A DNA stretch of 63,900 nucleotides, filler included, from Saprolegnia diclina VS20 (GCF_000281045.1; 5 parts of 3 records of this genome joined end to end with filler, not necessarily neighbours in it); one strand, 5' to 3'; counted from the first letter of the whole stretch, positions 22,669 to 35,700 are shown. Notes: generated by a model not told the origin, from the sequence alone. Made by a program: numbers and translations.

Positions 22669-24494
22669 ATGGACACGTCGCTTATGTGTGAGGTCTGCAA
22701 CGTCCCGAACGACATCATGTCGCCATGCTGCAAGCGCTGCAAGCAGCCGGTCCGGTCCGACTCGGAGAAGCTCCTCATCCTCCTCAAGCGCTTCGACCGC
22801 TTCTCGACGCTTCAGGCGTCGCCCGAGCCGCCGGCCAAGATCGAAGCCGAGCTCGACGCGACCAAGGCGTCACTGAGCTCTGTCGCGGCCGAGCGCGACC
22901 AGCTCCAGCGCGAGAACTACGAGCTCACGCGGCGCCTCCAGCAGCTCTCGTCCTTTGACAAGGAGCCCGAGTACGAGGACAAGATCCATGCGCTCGAGAG
23001 CCAGCTCCAGGAGCTCCAGTCGTCGCAGCAGTCGTTCGCAGCCAACTTGCATATGCTCACGTTCATTCCCGCGGCGCACTTTAAGCTCCAGCGGTCGATC
23101 CCAACATCGTCGTCCAGCGTCTTCCAGCTCGACGTCGGCACGATCGACGGCAAGCCCGTCGTGCGCAAGCAGCTCTTCCGCACCGACCCACGTGACGCGG
23201 TCGTCGTCACGTTCAAAGAGTCGATCGCGCTGCTCGCCAAGTACGCTTGACACCTTGATACCTTGAAATTCCATTTGTCTCATTCAAGTTCTTTAGGCTC
23301 GGCGGCGCCGACGGCACGGTCGTGTCGCTTCTCGGCACGTCGGGGCTCGCGCAAGGCCACACGCAGGTGTACCTCGAGTACCTCGAGCTTGGGGACCTTC
23401 ACAGTGTCCTCCGCGCGGGCACGTCGCTCTCCTGGGCGACGCGCCTCCGCATCGCACTGCATGTGGCGCGCGCTGTGAGCCAACTGCACGGACTCGACCT
23501 TGTGCACAAGCGCATCCACTCGTCGCACGTGCTCCTCGGCGCGGGCTACGAGGCCAAGCTCTCGGGGTGGACCCAAGCGCGCGCGACAACGCTCTTGGAC
23601 GAGCAGACCGACCTGCGCTGGGCCGCGCCCGAGCTCTTCTCCGACAGGACGCTTCCGACCGCCAAGGCTGACATGTACTCGCTCGGGCTGCTTCTGGTCG
23701 AGCTCGACACGGCCGAGACGCCGTACGCCCACGTGCGCGACCGGCGCGGCAAGCCCGTCGGCGATCTCACGCTCATCGACCTCCTCCGACGGGCGACGCC
23801 ATCGGACCTTGTGCTCCAGCACGCGTTCCGGGACAGCCCCGATTGGTACCGGTCGCTCGCAACCCGGTGCACGGACCTCGACCCGCGCCGCCGACCGTCT
23901 GCGATCGAGGTCGTCCGGCTCCTCGAAGGCCGCCTCTTCCCCGAGCTCCACACAACGAGTGCGCTCCCGCCTCTAGTGCTGTGTGTGACGGTGCAAAGCG
24001 CGTCGTCGCTCTTGCACGTGGCCGACATGGGCGACGCACCACCGTTCGTGTCGGTCCACCTCCACGATGCAACCGCGACGACGACCGTGTCGCTTGGCGG
24101 TGACTACGCGTGGGACGAGACCTTTGAGTTTAGCGCACTGCATCTCATGGAGTCGACGCTCGAAGCGCAGATTCGGTATGGACCGAATGGGCAGATTGGC
24201 GTCGTGCACGTCGCGCTGGCCAAGGTCATGGACGAGCTTGACGAGCTCCAGGCGTGGACGCGCTGGCTGCCCGTGCAGAGCCGCGGCGACCCGCACGGCT
24301 ACCTCGTGCTCAAGCTCGAGCTCAAAGGCGACGTCGAGGGCTGGATCGGGGCGTATGTGCAGTCGCTGCCGCGGCTCCAAGACGCCAAAGAGCCCGCGCT
24401 GCAAGCCAAGATCTCGCGCGCGACGACCGTGTACCAGACACTCAAGGCCCGTCGCAGCATCGTGCGGCAAGGCGGGTCCCGGCTGCGGCCATAG
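22669..24494 (+). CDS. Zn-ribbon/coiled-coil/pseudokinase/C2 protein B
   Basis: Starts MDTSLMCEVC...CKRC...EKLLILLKRF. Intron 23241-23296 (phase 2). Motifs HKRIHSSHVL, LSGWT, WAAPE, DMYSLG, then a C2 domain. Confidence 0.85.
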
Positions 24495-25020
24495 AAGATG
24501 CAAGCGGAGGTACTTGCCAAAGGACCAGCACGCGCGACCGAGAGTAGAGTGCTATGCTGTACTAGTACCTATGCGCGAGAGAGCTAGTGATTGAAGTACT
24601 CAACGAGGGCTTGTCAATGGATCGCGCTCGAGGACGCACGCCAGTTGTGGCGACCACACCGCTGTCGACCGAGTGACTCACTCATCAACGGTGTTGACCC
24701 TGCCGGCCCTGCTGCCCGTGTTCACTCATGATGCATCTCTCTGGACGCAGCCTCGTGTCTTTGCCCCGGTACACTGTAGTACACGGTACCATGATTGTCG
24801 ACCCACTTTCTCACCGGCGTGGACGCCGACGCATCGAGGCTGGCATCGAGGCTGGTGTCGCAGCGTTGGGCGCACGAGAGTGGGTTCTCCGCACCCACTC
24901 TCGTGCTCTCCTCTGAGCGACTGAGTACTGAGTGGGGTTGTTGATTGCACTCTCCTCGTATCTACACTGTAGATTGGCTTCAAGAAACAGTGTCGTCGTC
25001 AGTACAAATTCACCGCTGCG

Positions 25021-26807
25021 ATGGACACGTCGATCCCGTGCGTCGTCTGCAACAAGCCCAACGTCGTGACCGAGAACGCGTGCACGACCTGCGGCAAGTC
25101 GCTCGGGTCGGACGCCGACCGCCTCGACGTGCTCGTGCGCCGGCTACAGCTGTGGCAAGGCGACCCGAACGCCGAGCTGCTCGCTGCGCGCGCGCAGATC
25201 GTTGCGCTCCAGGCCCAGGTCGACGAACAGGCAAGCCGCCTCTTGGCGCTGCAAGCCAAGCTCCAAGCCGACGCGTCCGGTGTCGGGAAGGACATGGAGC
25301 TCAAGCATCTGCGCGAGCGGCTCCAAGAGATCGAGGAGCGGCAGCATCTGAGTGCAAGCCTGCACACGATTCCCGGCGTCGAGGGCAGCCAGTTCCTCGA
25401 CGCGCAGCTCCTCGGGACGACCTCCAACTTTGTCTTGCACCTCGGCACGCTCGAGGGCAAGCTCGTCGTGCGCAAGATGTTTTTCGAGCCGAGTCCCGAA
25501 GAAGCGCTCGTTCACAAGTTCAAAGAGTCGATCGCGATGCTCGCCAAGTAGACCACCCTCTTCCGCTAGCACCGAGATGGCTCATGGGACGGCGTAGGCT
25601 CGACGGTGGCGGCGGCGCGATCATCCCGCTCTTTGGCGCTGCGGCCGTCGATCAGCGGCGGCCCGTCATCTTTATGGAGTACATGGAGCGTGGCGATCTA
25701 CGGTCGGCGCTCACGGGCAAGGCCGCGCTCTCGTGGCCGACGCGCCTCCAGATTGCGCTGCAGGTGGCCAAGGCGCTCGCCAAAATGCACGCGATGGACT
25801 TGATCCACCGCGACCTCAACTCGAGCCACATCCTCCTCTCGCAGACCAACGTCGCCAAGGTCACGGGGCTCTCGAACGCCCGGGAAAAGTCGCCGTCGTC
25901 GATGACCAACAACGTCGGCGACTTTCGGTGGGCGGCGCCCGAGACGATGGTCGAAGGCAACCTCTACTCGGAGAAGGCGGATATCTACTCGTTCGGCATC
26001 ATCCTCGTCGAGCTCGACACGCACGAGCTGCCGTACGCGCACATGAAGGACAGCAAAGGCCGGCCGATGCGCGCGTTTGCGATCAGCGACGCGATCCGCA
26101 AGGCGACGCCGGGCGCGCCCATCACGCAGCACAAGTTTTGCGACAGCCCGTCGTGGTACCAGGAGCTCGCGCGCGAGTGCACGAGCTTGGACCCGACCGC
26201 GCGGCCGTCGGCGGTCGAGCTCGTGCGGCGGCTCCAAGAGCACCTGCGCGCGCCGTCCAAGGTCGCGGCGCCCCCGACGCCGGCGGTCGTCAACGTGCGG
26301 CTCACGGTCGTCGAGGCCAACTCGATCTTGGACACGCAGGCGTTCGGGACGCAGAGCCCGATCTGCAAGGTCGGACTTGGCGGCAACGAGTTCTCGACGC
26401 AGCCGCACAACCGCGGCGGCCGCGCGCCCCGCTGGAACGAGCGCTTTGACTTTTTCAACGTCAACCTCATGGAGATGGTGCTCGAAGCCAACATCCTCAA
26501 CGTGCAGTGGTGGCTCGAGGGCCAGATCGGCAAGTGCAACCTCCCATTGCACGAAGCGCTCGATGGCAAGCACGGCTGCCGCCGCCGCATGTGGCTGCCC
26601 GTCTACTCGCGCGGCGACAACCACGGGTACCTCACGATCGACGTCGAGTTCCAAGGCGACGTCGTGCGCTGGCTGACCGAGTACGTGGCCGCGATGGAGT
26701 GCTACGTGGCCGCGCTCGGGGACGCCGAGAGCGTCGCCAAAGACGAAGCGCTGCACAAGATTGAGGTCGCGCAACGCCTCGTGGACCAAGTCGAAGCGGC
26801 GCCGTAG
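25021..26807 (+). CDS. Zn-ribbon/coiled-coil/pseudokinase/C2 protein C
   Basis: Starts MDTSIPCVVC...CTTCG...DRLDVLVRRL. Intron 25548-25597 (phase 2). Motifs HRDLNSSHIL, VTGLS, WAAPE, DIYSFG. C2 domain (VVEANSILDTQ...APRWNERF). Confidence 0.88.
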
Positions 26808-27286
26808 CCACTCGAACGCTTCGTAAGCACGTAACACGATGCTTGTCGTCCTGAGATCGCATCTTCCCGCGGCGACAGACCCTTTTGATGGAAGCAAAGA
26901 ATCACGATAATCAAGCTGGATGATGAAGGTCGATAACGCCAAGCTTCGTCGACGCGCGCCACAACCCAGCGCAGGACCAGCCGCGTGCGAGCTACTTCAA
27001 CGACGCTGCAACCTTGCCCCGGTAAGTTCTCAGTGCAGTGCTGGGTACCTCGCAGGCCGATGGTCAACGCTACAAAGCAGCGAATTGCGTACGTCGTGCA
27101 ATGACCTCCTCGTGTCATCGAGGCAGGCGGTGGCTCCGTTGCCGACGACGCAACGACGGCTCAAGGTTGCACAGAAAGGCCGAGATATCATCCGGATACC
27201 GTGCATCCGGCATCCGGCCAAGATCCCACTCTGAAACGAAGCCTGCGTATCACCCACTTCCGATTCGACCGACGACCAGCACGGCC

Positions 27287-29204
27287 ATGGACGTGACCAT
27301 CATGTGCCAAGTGTGCAACCACCCGAACGACATGCTGACGCCCGTGTGCGTCAGCGACAACTGCGGCGACGCGCTCCCGGGCTACGACAAGAAGATCAAG
27401 ATTTTGCTCCGGCGTCTCGAGCAGTTCAACAAGGCCCTCGCCGCCGGTGGTGGTGTCGCCGACAACAGCGACGCCACGTCGCTCGTTGCGGATCTCCGGC
27501 GCAAGCTAGAGGCAACGCAACAGCGTGCGACCGAGCTCAAGCATGAGCTAGAGACCCTCAAGGAAGCGCTCGCGGACGCGTCGGCGCACCGGCGTGGGAC
27601 GTTGGCCCACGTCGGGTCGAGCTCCGACATGGATGCCGAGCGCAAGCGTCTCGCCGAGGAGCGCAAGGAGATCGACATGATGCGCCGCCTCTTCACGTCG
27701 CTCCAGACGATCCCGTACATCGACCTCTCGCAGTTCCGCTTCCAGAAGGCGCTGCCGGGCGGCGGCAACTTTGATTTGCAAGTCGGTCTCTTTGACGGCA
27801 AGCGTACAGTGCTCAAGAAGCTCGTGCGCAACGGCCTCGGCGACGACGTCATCGAGCACTTCAAGTCGTCCATCTCGCTCATGGCCAAGTACGTTGCCGC
27901 GCCTATATCTGTCTTGATCGCTCATACCCCGTAGGTTGGACGGCGGTGGTGGCACGGTCGTGACGCTCTACGGCGCCTCGGGGCTCGGCCAGGCGTCGCC
28001 CATGATGTACATGGAGCACATGGAGCGCGGCGATTTGCGCACCTTTCTGCACACGACGAGTCCGAGCGCCGTGTCGTGGAAGACCCGCCTCGAGATCGCG
28101 CTCAACGTGTCCAAGGCGATCGCCAAGATGCACTCGCTCGACTTGATCCACCGCGACTTGAGCAGCTACCACGTGCTTCTGAACGAGCGCAACGTGGCCA
28201 AAGTCACGGGCTTCTCGAGCGCGCGCGAGAAGGACCTCGAGCAGATGATGACCAACGGCGTCGGCGACTTTCGCTGGGCGGCGCCGGAAACCATGAATGG
28301 GTCTGGGAACTACTCGGAGACGGTCGATATTTACGCTCTCGGGCTCCTCCTCATCGAGCTCGACACGCATGCGGTGCCGTACTCGTCGTACAAGGACAAG
28401 CAGGGCCGGAGCCTCGGCGACTTTATGCTCATGGAAATCATCCGCAAGGCCGTGCCCGGCCAGACGACCATCACGCACGCGTTTGCGAGCGCACCGCTGT
28501 GGTACCAGGACCTCGCGCTGCGCTGCGTGTCGCTCGACCCGAACGCCCGGCCGTCCGCGGTCGACGTCGTCGCGGAGCTCCAAAAGCAGCTGCGCGAAGG
28601 CTCGTACGACAACGTCCGGTCGATTCGCCGGCTCCAGAAGCCGCCGCCGGTGCTCAACGCCAAGATCTCGGTGGTCCGCGCCAAGAACCTCCTCGACACG
28701 CAGGCGTTTGGCGTGCAGGATCCGTACTGCCGCCTCAGCCTCGGCGGGCGCCTCGCCAAGACCAAGGTGCACGACAACGGCGGGTGCGACCCCAAGTGGT
28801 CGCAGACGTTCCCGTTCAACAACGTGCACCCGATCGATATGATCCTCGAGATCAACATCATGAACAAGAACTTACTTTTCGACGGCCAGATTGGCAAGGT
28901 GACCGTGCCGCTCGAAGAGACGCTCGAGAAGATCGACGCGGAGAACGTCTACGTCGGGTGGTCGCCCGTCTATAGCCGCGGCGAAATGAAGGGCCACGTG
29001 CTGCTGCGCTTCGAGTACGAGGGCAGCGTGGCCAGCTGGCTCGAGGCGTACGCTGCCGAGATGTCGCTCTTCCATGGCGTGGAAGGTCATGTCCGCGACA
29101 TCCGCCAGGATGAAGTCGTCATGAAGAAGGTCACTGAGATCTTCTTGCCTCGGCTCAAGGACATTGCATCGGCCGTCGCCAACGTCGCGGGCAAGGCCGC
29201 TTAA
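27287..29204 (+). CDS. Zn-ribbon/coiled-coil/pseudokinase/C2 protein D
   Basis: Starts MDVTIMCQVC...CVSDNCG...KKIKILLRRL. Intron 27889-27934 (phase 2). Motifs HRDLSSYHVL, VTGFS, WAAPE. Canonical C2 domain (RAKNLLDTQAFGVQDPYC...KTKVHDNGGCDPKW). Confidence 0.9.
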
Positions 29205-29764
29205 GTCCATGACATCAACTAGCTTTCTTTTGGAATTGACGCGAGGAGGATGCACCAAGATTGGCCAGTTCGATGTCGTGCAGAGCCTTTCGCTTGGGAT
29301 AACTCTAGGCTTTGACTACAGTCAACAGCTTGTCATCAAAGCAATGGCAACGGCCAGGAGAGGCAAGCTGGATGTTGTGGGTAGCAGAGAACACATGATG
29401 CTTTTGTGGGGTAGCTTCTTCGTCTGGGATCTAAAACGGCAGGCAACGGCTCGTGGAACGCGGCGGGCGAGATATGGCTGGTCCCGTCTCTGATGCTCGA
29501 GAAGATTTTGCGTCGGTGCTCACCGATGCTTCGTGGGACCCATGGCGTCACGTCGTGAGCGACGAAGAGGACGTGTTGTGGCCCACGGTACAGCTGCTTT
29601 GACTCTCTCCAAGCCGACTGGTCATTTTTGGACGGAGTGAGATCGCTTCAACGGCAACCTGTTTCCACGTGTTGCCACGTCATCCGGATAAAGATCAAAA
29701 ATAGGAACCAGGGGTTTCGCACCGAAAGCAAAGTGATGGCGAGCGTCAGAGTTCAATTTGCACG

Positions 29765-30023
29765 ATGGCAGCGATCGAGCCTGTGGATTTCGTGCGCGTC
29801 AAGCCGCACAAGAACAAGTCGCGCAGGAACGTCGTTGCTGGCATCGGCCTCGCTGCCGCCTTCGTCGTCCTCGCCGTCACCACGACGTCGATGGGCACGG
29901 AACCTGCCCGGCCGCAAATTTTCCATGACGCTCGACAGCGTACGTTCTATTGCATTGACCCATGCATATCAACTGTATTGTAGTGACTACTGAGAGTGCC
30001 AGTGGCTCAGGATCATCGCCGAC
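29765..30023 (+). CDS. 5' fragment of a probable type II membrane or secreted protein, cut by a gap
   Basis: A basic stretch (KPHKNKSRRN) is followed by the hydrophobic segment VVAGIGLAAAFVVLAV. The sequence ends at the N-gap. Confidence 0.35.
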
Positions 30024-30123
30024 NNNNNNNNNNNNNNNNNNNNNNNNNNNNNNNNNNNNNNNNNNNNTTAATTAATTAANNNNNNNNNNNNNNNNNNNNN
30101 NNNNNNNNNNNNNNNNNNNNNNN
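30024..30123. other. Assembly spacer (N-run with TTAATTAATTAA)
   Basis: TTAATTAATTAA at 30068-30079 (stops in all six frames) embedded in Ns. Confidence 0.95.
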
Positions 30124-32400
30124 GCATGCTTGGCGCATGCACCCGAAGATCGGCCAAGTGCTTTGAAAGTCGCACACCGCGTCCGCCAACACGTGCAGGC
30201 AGCATTGTAACTCGACACATTGATACAAAAGCCATGGTTCACTAGCCTCGGTGGATCTATTTTGCTTGGTGAAAAGCGATTTCGTGCTGGGCAATACAGA
30301 CTACACAGACTTTGACGTCGCTGTTTGTCTCGTTGACGTACACGCTGTAGCTTGAGAGTCGTCCATGCACACGCCCCGCAGCGTGCAAGTCGACCAGTGC
30401 GTTGGCTGCGACGTGCGCGATTTGTAGCTTGGACGGTCGACCGTTTAGCCGGTACCAGACCGGCAGTGCATTCAAGAAGTGCCGGTGAGTCTCTGCCGGC
30501 GATGCCCCGTCCACGAGAATGTTTGGTGAGCGCAACCTACGCACATTGTATGAGTCGACGCAATGTACTAGTAGTGCAACACGACAACGTTTTCGCCACT
30601 ATGTTGTCGCCCTGCCCCGAAGCCGAGCTCTAATGGAACCACGTCACTCGACTTGTAGGTGGTAGCGTCTCGCGGTACCGTCAGCACGTCGGTCAAGAAC
30701 GTCACGCTACACTGGTACCGAGATATCTTTGCAAACGTGGTCAGACGGCTCGTTCAAGACCATCTCGAATGTCGCAGCATCGCAATTCTCAATGGCGGCC
30801 ACAAGCGCCTGGCAGTTGTCAGCATCTTGTTGCGATACGTATGCGAAGTCTTTGTGTAACTATGAAGATAAAGCGAAACACGTTCATATATACTTGTGTA
30901 ATGATATACCTGGGAGTGCGCGTGCTGAGCTCCTCGGTGCGCCCACTCGGCCGTGACAGCAATTTCCTCTGGGGTCGGTGCGTTGGCCTGCACCAGACAC
31001 GCCAAGGCTTCGCGAGGAATCGGCTGCAACGGTGTCTAATGCCTTAGTTACGAGACGATCAAGTGTTGAACGTACCGGTGTTCTTGTGTTGAGCGCTGTC
31101 TTCAAGTAAATCAACAGCATCTTGAGCTCATCCATGGGCGTGAGCTCCGTCTTGCACGTCGGGCACGCTGTCGCGAGGAGAAACACGGGCGCGTTCGACC
31201 ACGCTGCGCAAGGTGGCGTCCAGGCGATAGCTACGCCTTCGTGGGGCAGCGCGATAAGTCGTTTGCGCACTTGATCTTTCTCGCTCTCGCTTAATCGCGA
31301 CCGCACCCCGAGCACGCACTGTTGATCGAATGCCACGTGCTTTTGCATTGGCTATCGCAACTTTGGCGTCGTGGAGCAGTGGGACAAAGTCTTCGAGGTT
31401 GTCTTCGGCCATGCTAAGTGCAAGCGGACACAAGGCGCCCTACCATGTATCACACGCTTGAGTATAGATCGTGTTCGCTGAACCAAAAGCACCTCGTGGG
31501 CGGGCTGGACGATGGCACCAGCATCCAAAAGGAGACGCACTACGCGCTCCAGATCGTTCTTGACAGCGAGGTAGAGCGCCGAAGAACCGTCCTGTACCAT
31601 GCCGCTGAGACCCTCCATGTCGTTTGATTTTCGTGGCATCACGCCGCTGACGGCGTTGACGTTGGCGCCAGCGCCCAGAAGAAGGTGTGCCATGTCGAAG
31701 TTGCCCTCACTCGCCGCTAGCTGCAGGGGCGTCATCGCATCCTACTCTTTTCGTGAGAGAGAGCGCGACGACAAAATGCGAGTAAGTACTGTACCATGCT
31801 GCTATCAACACGAGCACCACGAGCAAGGAGAAGCTGAACCATGGATTCATTTTGGGTGCTGACGGCCAGCGTCAGCGGCAGCGTCGAGCCCTATCCCATT
31901 GTAATGGAACTATTGCATCGATATGACAACGTGTACATCAATCGTCCAGTTGGGATCGAGTCCATTCTTAAGTAGTGTACAACTAGCGACACAAAGTCTC
32001 GAGAGCAGATTTCCATGGGCCCTACGTTCCATGAGCTCTAGTCGTCGTGCGCCGAAGGCCGGGCGCACCGGTGTCGTCGCATGCACGTTCGCGTTGGCCT
32101 CGAGAAGCGCCTCAACGACCGCCGTGGCCATGCAGCGCTGCCACGGCCAGCATCGGGTGGTCCATCTACAGATCCGCGACGCAGTGAGGCGATAGGCTGC
32201 ATGGCGATCGACGCACCTCGTCCAGGGCGTTGACGTCGGCGCCGGTTCGTAGCAGGTCGGTGGCGACAGCGGCGTGGCCGGTCGCGACTGCTTCGCGTCG
32301 TGTCATCTACGTCGGAGGCCATGAGGCCATGCAGAGGCCGCGATTCGTACTTTCATGCTGCTGCTGCTTGGTCTCGAAGCAACGGCAATGAGGGCTCGAT
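30124..32400 (-). pseudogene. Decayed ankyrin/Zn-ribbon/pseudokinase gene (copy E), head-to-head with gene F
   Basis: Ankyrin fragments (MTPLQLAASEGNFDMAHLLLGAGANVNA; DGSSALYLAVKNDLERVVRLLLDAGA), a Zn-ribbon module (ACPTCKTELTPMDELKMLLIYLKTAL) and a pseudokinase fragment (KLQIAHVAANALVDLHAAGRVHGRLSSYSVYV). Reading frames appear broken and the end points are approximate. Confidence 0.65.
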
Positions 32401-32771
32401 CCCATCGTCGCCGGTCGCGATCCTGTGCAATTGAGTTTGAGAGTGCGATTGAATATCAGAGTCGTCTTTCGGGGTATTCATTGCTACAGGTATTTTAAAT
32501 GTATTGAGTTTTCTCACTGGAGTTTTCTGAAATCGATCTGAAAAATAGCTCGTGTTTCCAGAAACACAGGCTGCTGTGGCGATCCAAAACCTTCAAAAAT
32601 ACATTCTATCATTTGGTGGTCGACGAATCCCCTCTACAAATCGATTGCACGGGGTTGTGCGGCGCATCAACTGCCGTTGGAGGCCACTTCTGTTTCCAGC
32701 ACACTCGAAGCAAGCGCGTGCGGGTGCGAATGACACTCAATGACATCTCATTACATACGACGCCGTAGACT

Positions 32772-35700
32772 ATGGATCTCACCAGAGCCGTCGCTCGTGG
32801 CGACACTGCGAGAGTGACCGAACTCCTCCAGAGCGGCGTCGACCCGGATAGCCGCGACAAGGTATGCCACCTCAAACTACCGATACGGTACTAACGTCAA
32901 TATGTGTAGTATGGAACACCAGTGCTCGTTACTGCGGCGAAGAAAGGCTACGTCGGTGTCGCGCAGTTGCTTCTCAACGCCAGCGCCACTGTCGACCTGA
33001 CTGCACTGGTGCGGCGTAGAGCAGCAAATGACTTTATGTTCCAGAGTCTTCGATTAGAAAGGCGAGACAGCACTTATTGTGTCACCTTTTGGTGGCTCCG
33101 TCGAGCTCGTACGACTGCTTCTAGAGCATAGCGCCGACGTCAACTACAGCTGTCCGGTACGCGTCGCTCTCACGCTATGGCATAAGGTCACACAACTCTA
33201 CACTAGATTGGGACACCGCTACAAGTCGCGGCCAGTGCCGGCAAAGAAGACATTATCGACGAGCTCCTTGCGGCTGGAGCCAACGTCAACTTCGAAGGCG
33301 ATGTACCGCAGACTTTTGCTTCTCGTTCCCATGTACTAGTACTGTTGATGCTCTAGACACAAATCGCACCGATCTTGATTGCAGCGTCGTCTGGACACGT
33401 CGCCACTGCTTTGCGACTCGTGTCGGCCGGTGCCAACCTGGCCAGCGTCGACAAGGTATCCTCGATTCATACACACAATTGTTTACATGTGACACACACT
33501 AGAACGGGGAGGGGGCTGTCTTTCGTGCGGTGCATAAAGGCCATGCCGACATGGTCCGCCTTCTTGTGGACAATGGCGCAGACCCAAACGCTACGTCACC
33601 TGTATTACGCAATCAAATCGGTTGATGTGCTGACTGACTGACGCTTTTAGGCTGGATACCCGCCATTATATGTCGCTTGTGTCACGGGTCGTACCGACTC
33701 GGTGGGGGCCCTGCTGCAGGGTGGAGCGAACGTCAACCCAACCGACACCGTAGGATTGCATACAGTACAAGGCCAAGGGGGATTTACACACGCAATATAG
33801 ACTCCATGCCCATGCCTCGTGGCGGCAGCGACCTTCGGTCACTCGGAAATTGTAGCACTACTGCTCGAGGCGAGAGCCGACGTGAATGTGATCGAAAGCA
33901 AGGTACAACTCTTGCTGCTGCCAGTGAACTCATCGCGCATGCCTGGACAGGCAGGGGCTACAGCAATGTATGGGGCCGCCTGCCGTGGCCATGTTGACGT
34001 TGTGCGCCAGCTTGCGTACGCGAGAGCCAAACTCGACGTGCTCGCCTTTGTAAGTGGATACGATCCCCTTATTTCAGTCTGCGTACCGCTTGTAGGACGG
34101 GACAACGCCACTTGACGCTGCTTTCGAGGGCGGACACAAGGATGTCCTTGCTGTCCTTCATGATGTGCGTACCAAGGTACACTACATTGACGAATGTTTA
34201 TCATTGTGCGATATTGTTGCTGCGCGCAGAAAATGGAGCTGCTCCATGCAGCCCGGCTTGGTGATGTCCAAATCATCCAAACTCTCTTGTCGGAAGGCCT
34301 TAGCGTCAACGAGACGGACGAGGTACTAGTGCTGCTCTATGTGATAAATGCTCACGAAATGTGCTAGCACGCCAACTCGCTTTTGCATTTGGCTCTGCTC
34401 GGTCGTCACGAACCGCTTTTAGCAGAGCTTTTGCACCACGAGGAGTGCGAACTCTACGGTGTCAATAAGGTCTTGAGAGCGCTTATAGTATCCTGGCCCT
34501 CAAAGTGGACGTCTGTGCTCTGTAGTTTGGCGAGTCCCCGACAACGATTGCCGCAAAGCTGGGTATCCCGTCACTCATTCATCGGTTGCATGCTGTACAA
34601 GCCTCGATTTCGACCGAGGCATGAACCAGTCTTATTGGACTCAATGAGACAGTGTGCCTGTTGCTCATAGGTGGATCCTTGCTCCACGGTGCATCTCCAA
34701 GAGATTGGCCGCGGTGGCTTTGGCATCGTCTTCAAGGGCACGCTTCATGGCCACGGCGTAGCCGTCAAGGTGCTACGGAACTCTAAATTCGGTGCCGCAA
34801 GCCTTCGAGATGAAATTCAAATCCTCAAAAAGTAAGATGACAGATGTTTGGTTCGCATCACTTATCACATGGCAACGTAGCAATCCGTCGCCGTACCTTG
34901 TGCGGCTGATCGCCACCGCTGATGCCGCATCGGACGCGCCGCAGCTCTTTTTCGAGTACATGGACGGCGGCAGCCTCACTTCGTACCTCGAGAAGTTGGC
35001 CAAGGACGAGGTGGGCCTTGTCACCTACACGCCCATTGAGATTCTCTGGGTCGTTGCCAACGCTTTGAACGACCTCCACAAGAAGAACGTCGTCCATCGG
35101 GATATCAAGCCCGACAACATCCTCCTCTCGTCCAAGCACTACATCAAAGTGGGTGACGTCGGTATCGCCAAAGAAGAGTCAACGTACATGACGACGGGGG
35201 CTGGCACGAGCAAGTGGCGCGCGCCCGAAGTGCTGACGTCCGGAAGTGGCTACGGGAAGGCGGCCGACATTTACTCGTTTGGGATTCTCCTCCAGACGCT
35301 GTACCCTAACCCTACCGATCCAAGCACCGAGTGGGCCCAAGCTCTTGCAGCGGACTGCACGGCGGTGGATCCAACGCGCCGTCCAACGGCGGCCGAGATC
35401 GTCGAACTCATGCTGCCCAAGTTGCAATCGTACGTCGTACCTCTGAATTATGCAAAGAGTGTCGAAATGGTACCTGTAGGCAGCTGCACCTTGTGGCGTC
35501 CATGCATGCCTTTGAACAAGACAAGGCGGTACTGTAACACCTGCTTTGTAGGCTAAGTCAATTGTTCAACCTTGACTAGGCGGGTCTTCAAGTTCCTGAA
35601 TACGTCTCGCTGCCTGCTGGCATCGAAAGACGGACGATGCCCGCAGCTCCTTCAACGACAACGCTGGTTACAGTGTCGCCTGCCTTCCCTCTGGTTAGTA

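Noticed and set aside
30068..30079. TTAATTAATTAA motif recurring four times (also 45314, 56871, 62676)
   Set aside because: It is always centred in a 100-bp N block and gives stops in all frames. This is an artificial contig linker, not a biological repeat or piggyBac TTAA site.
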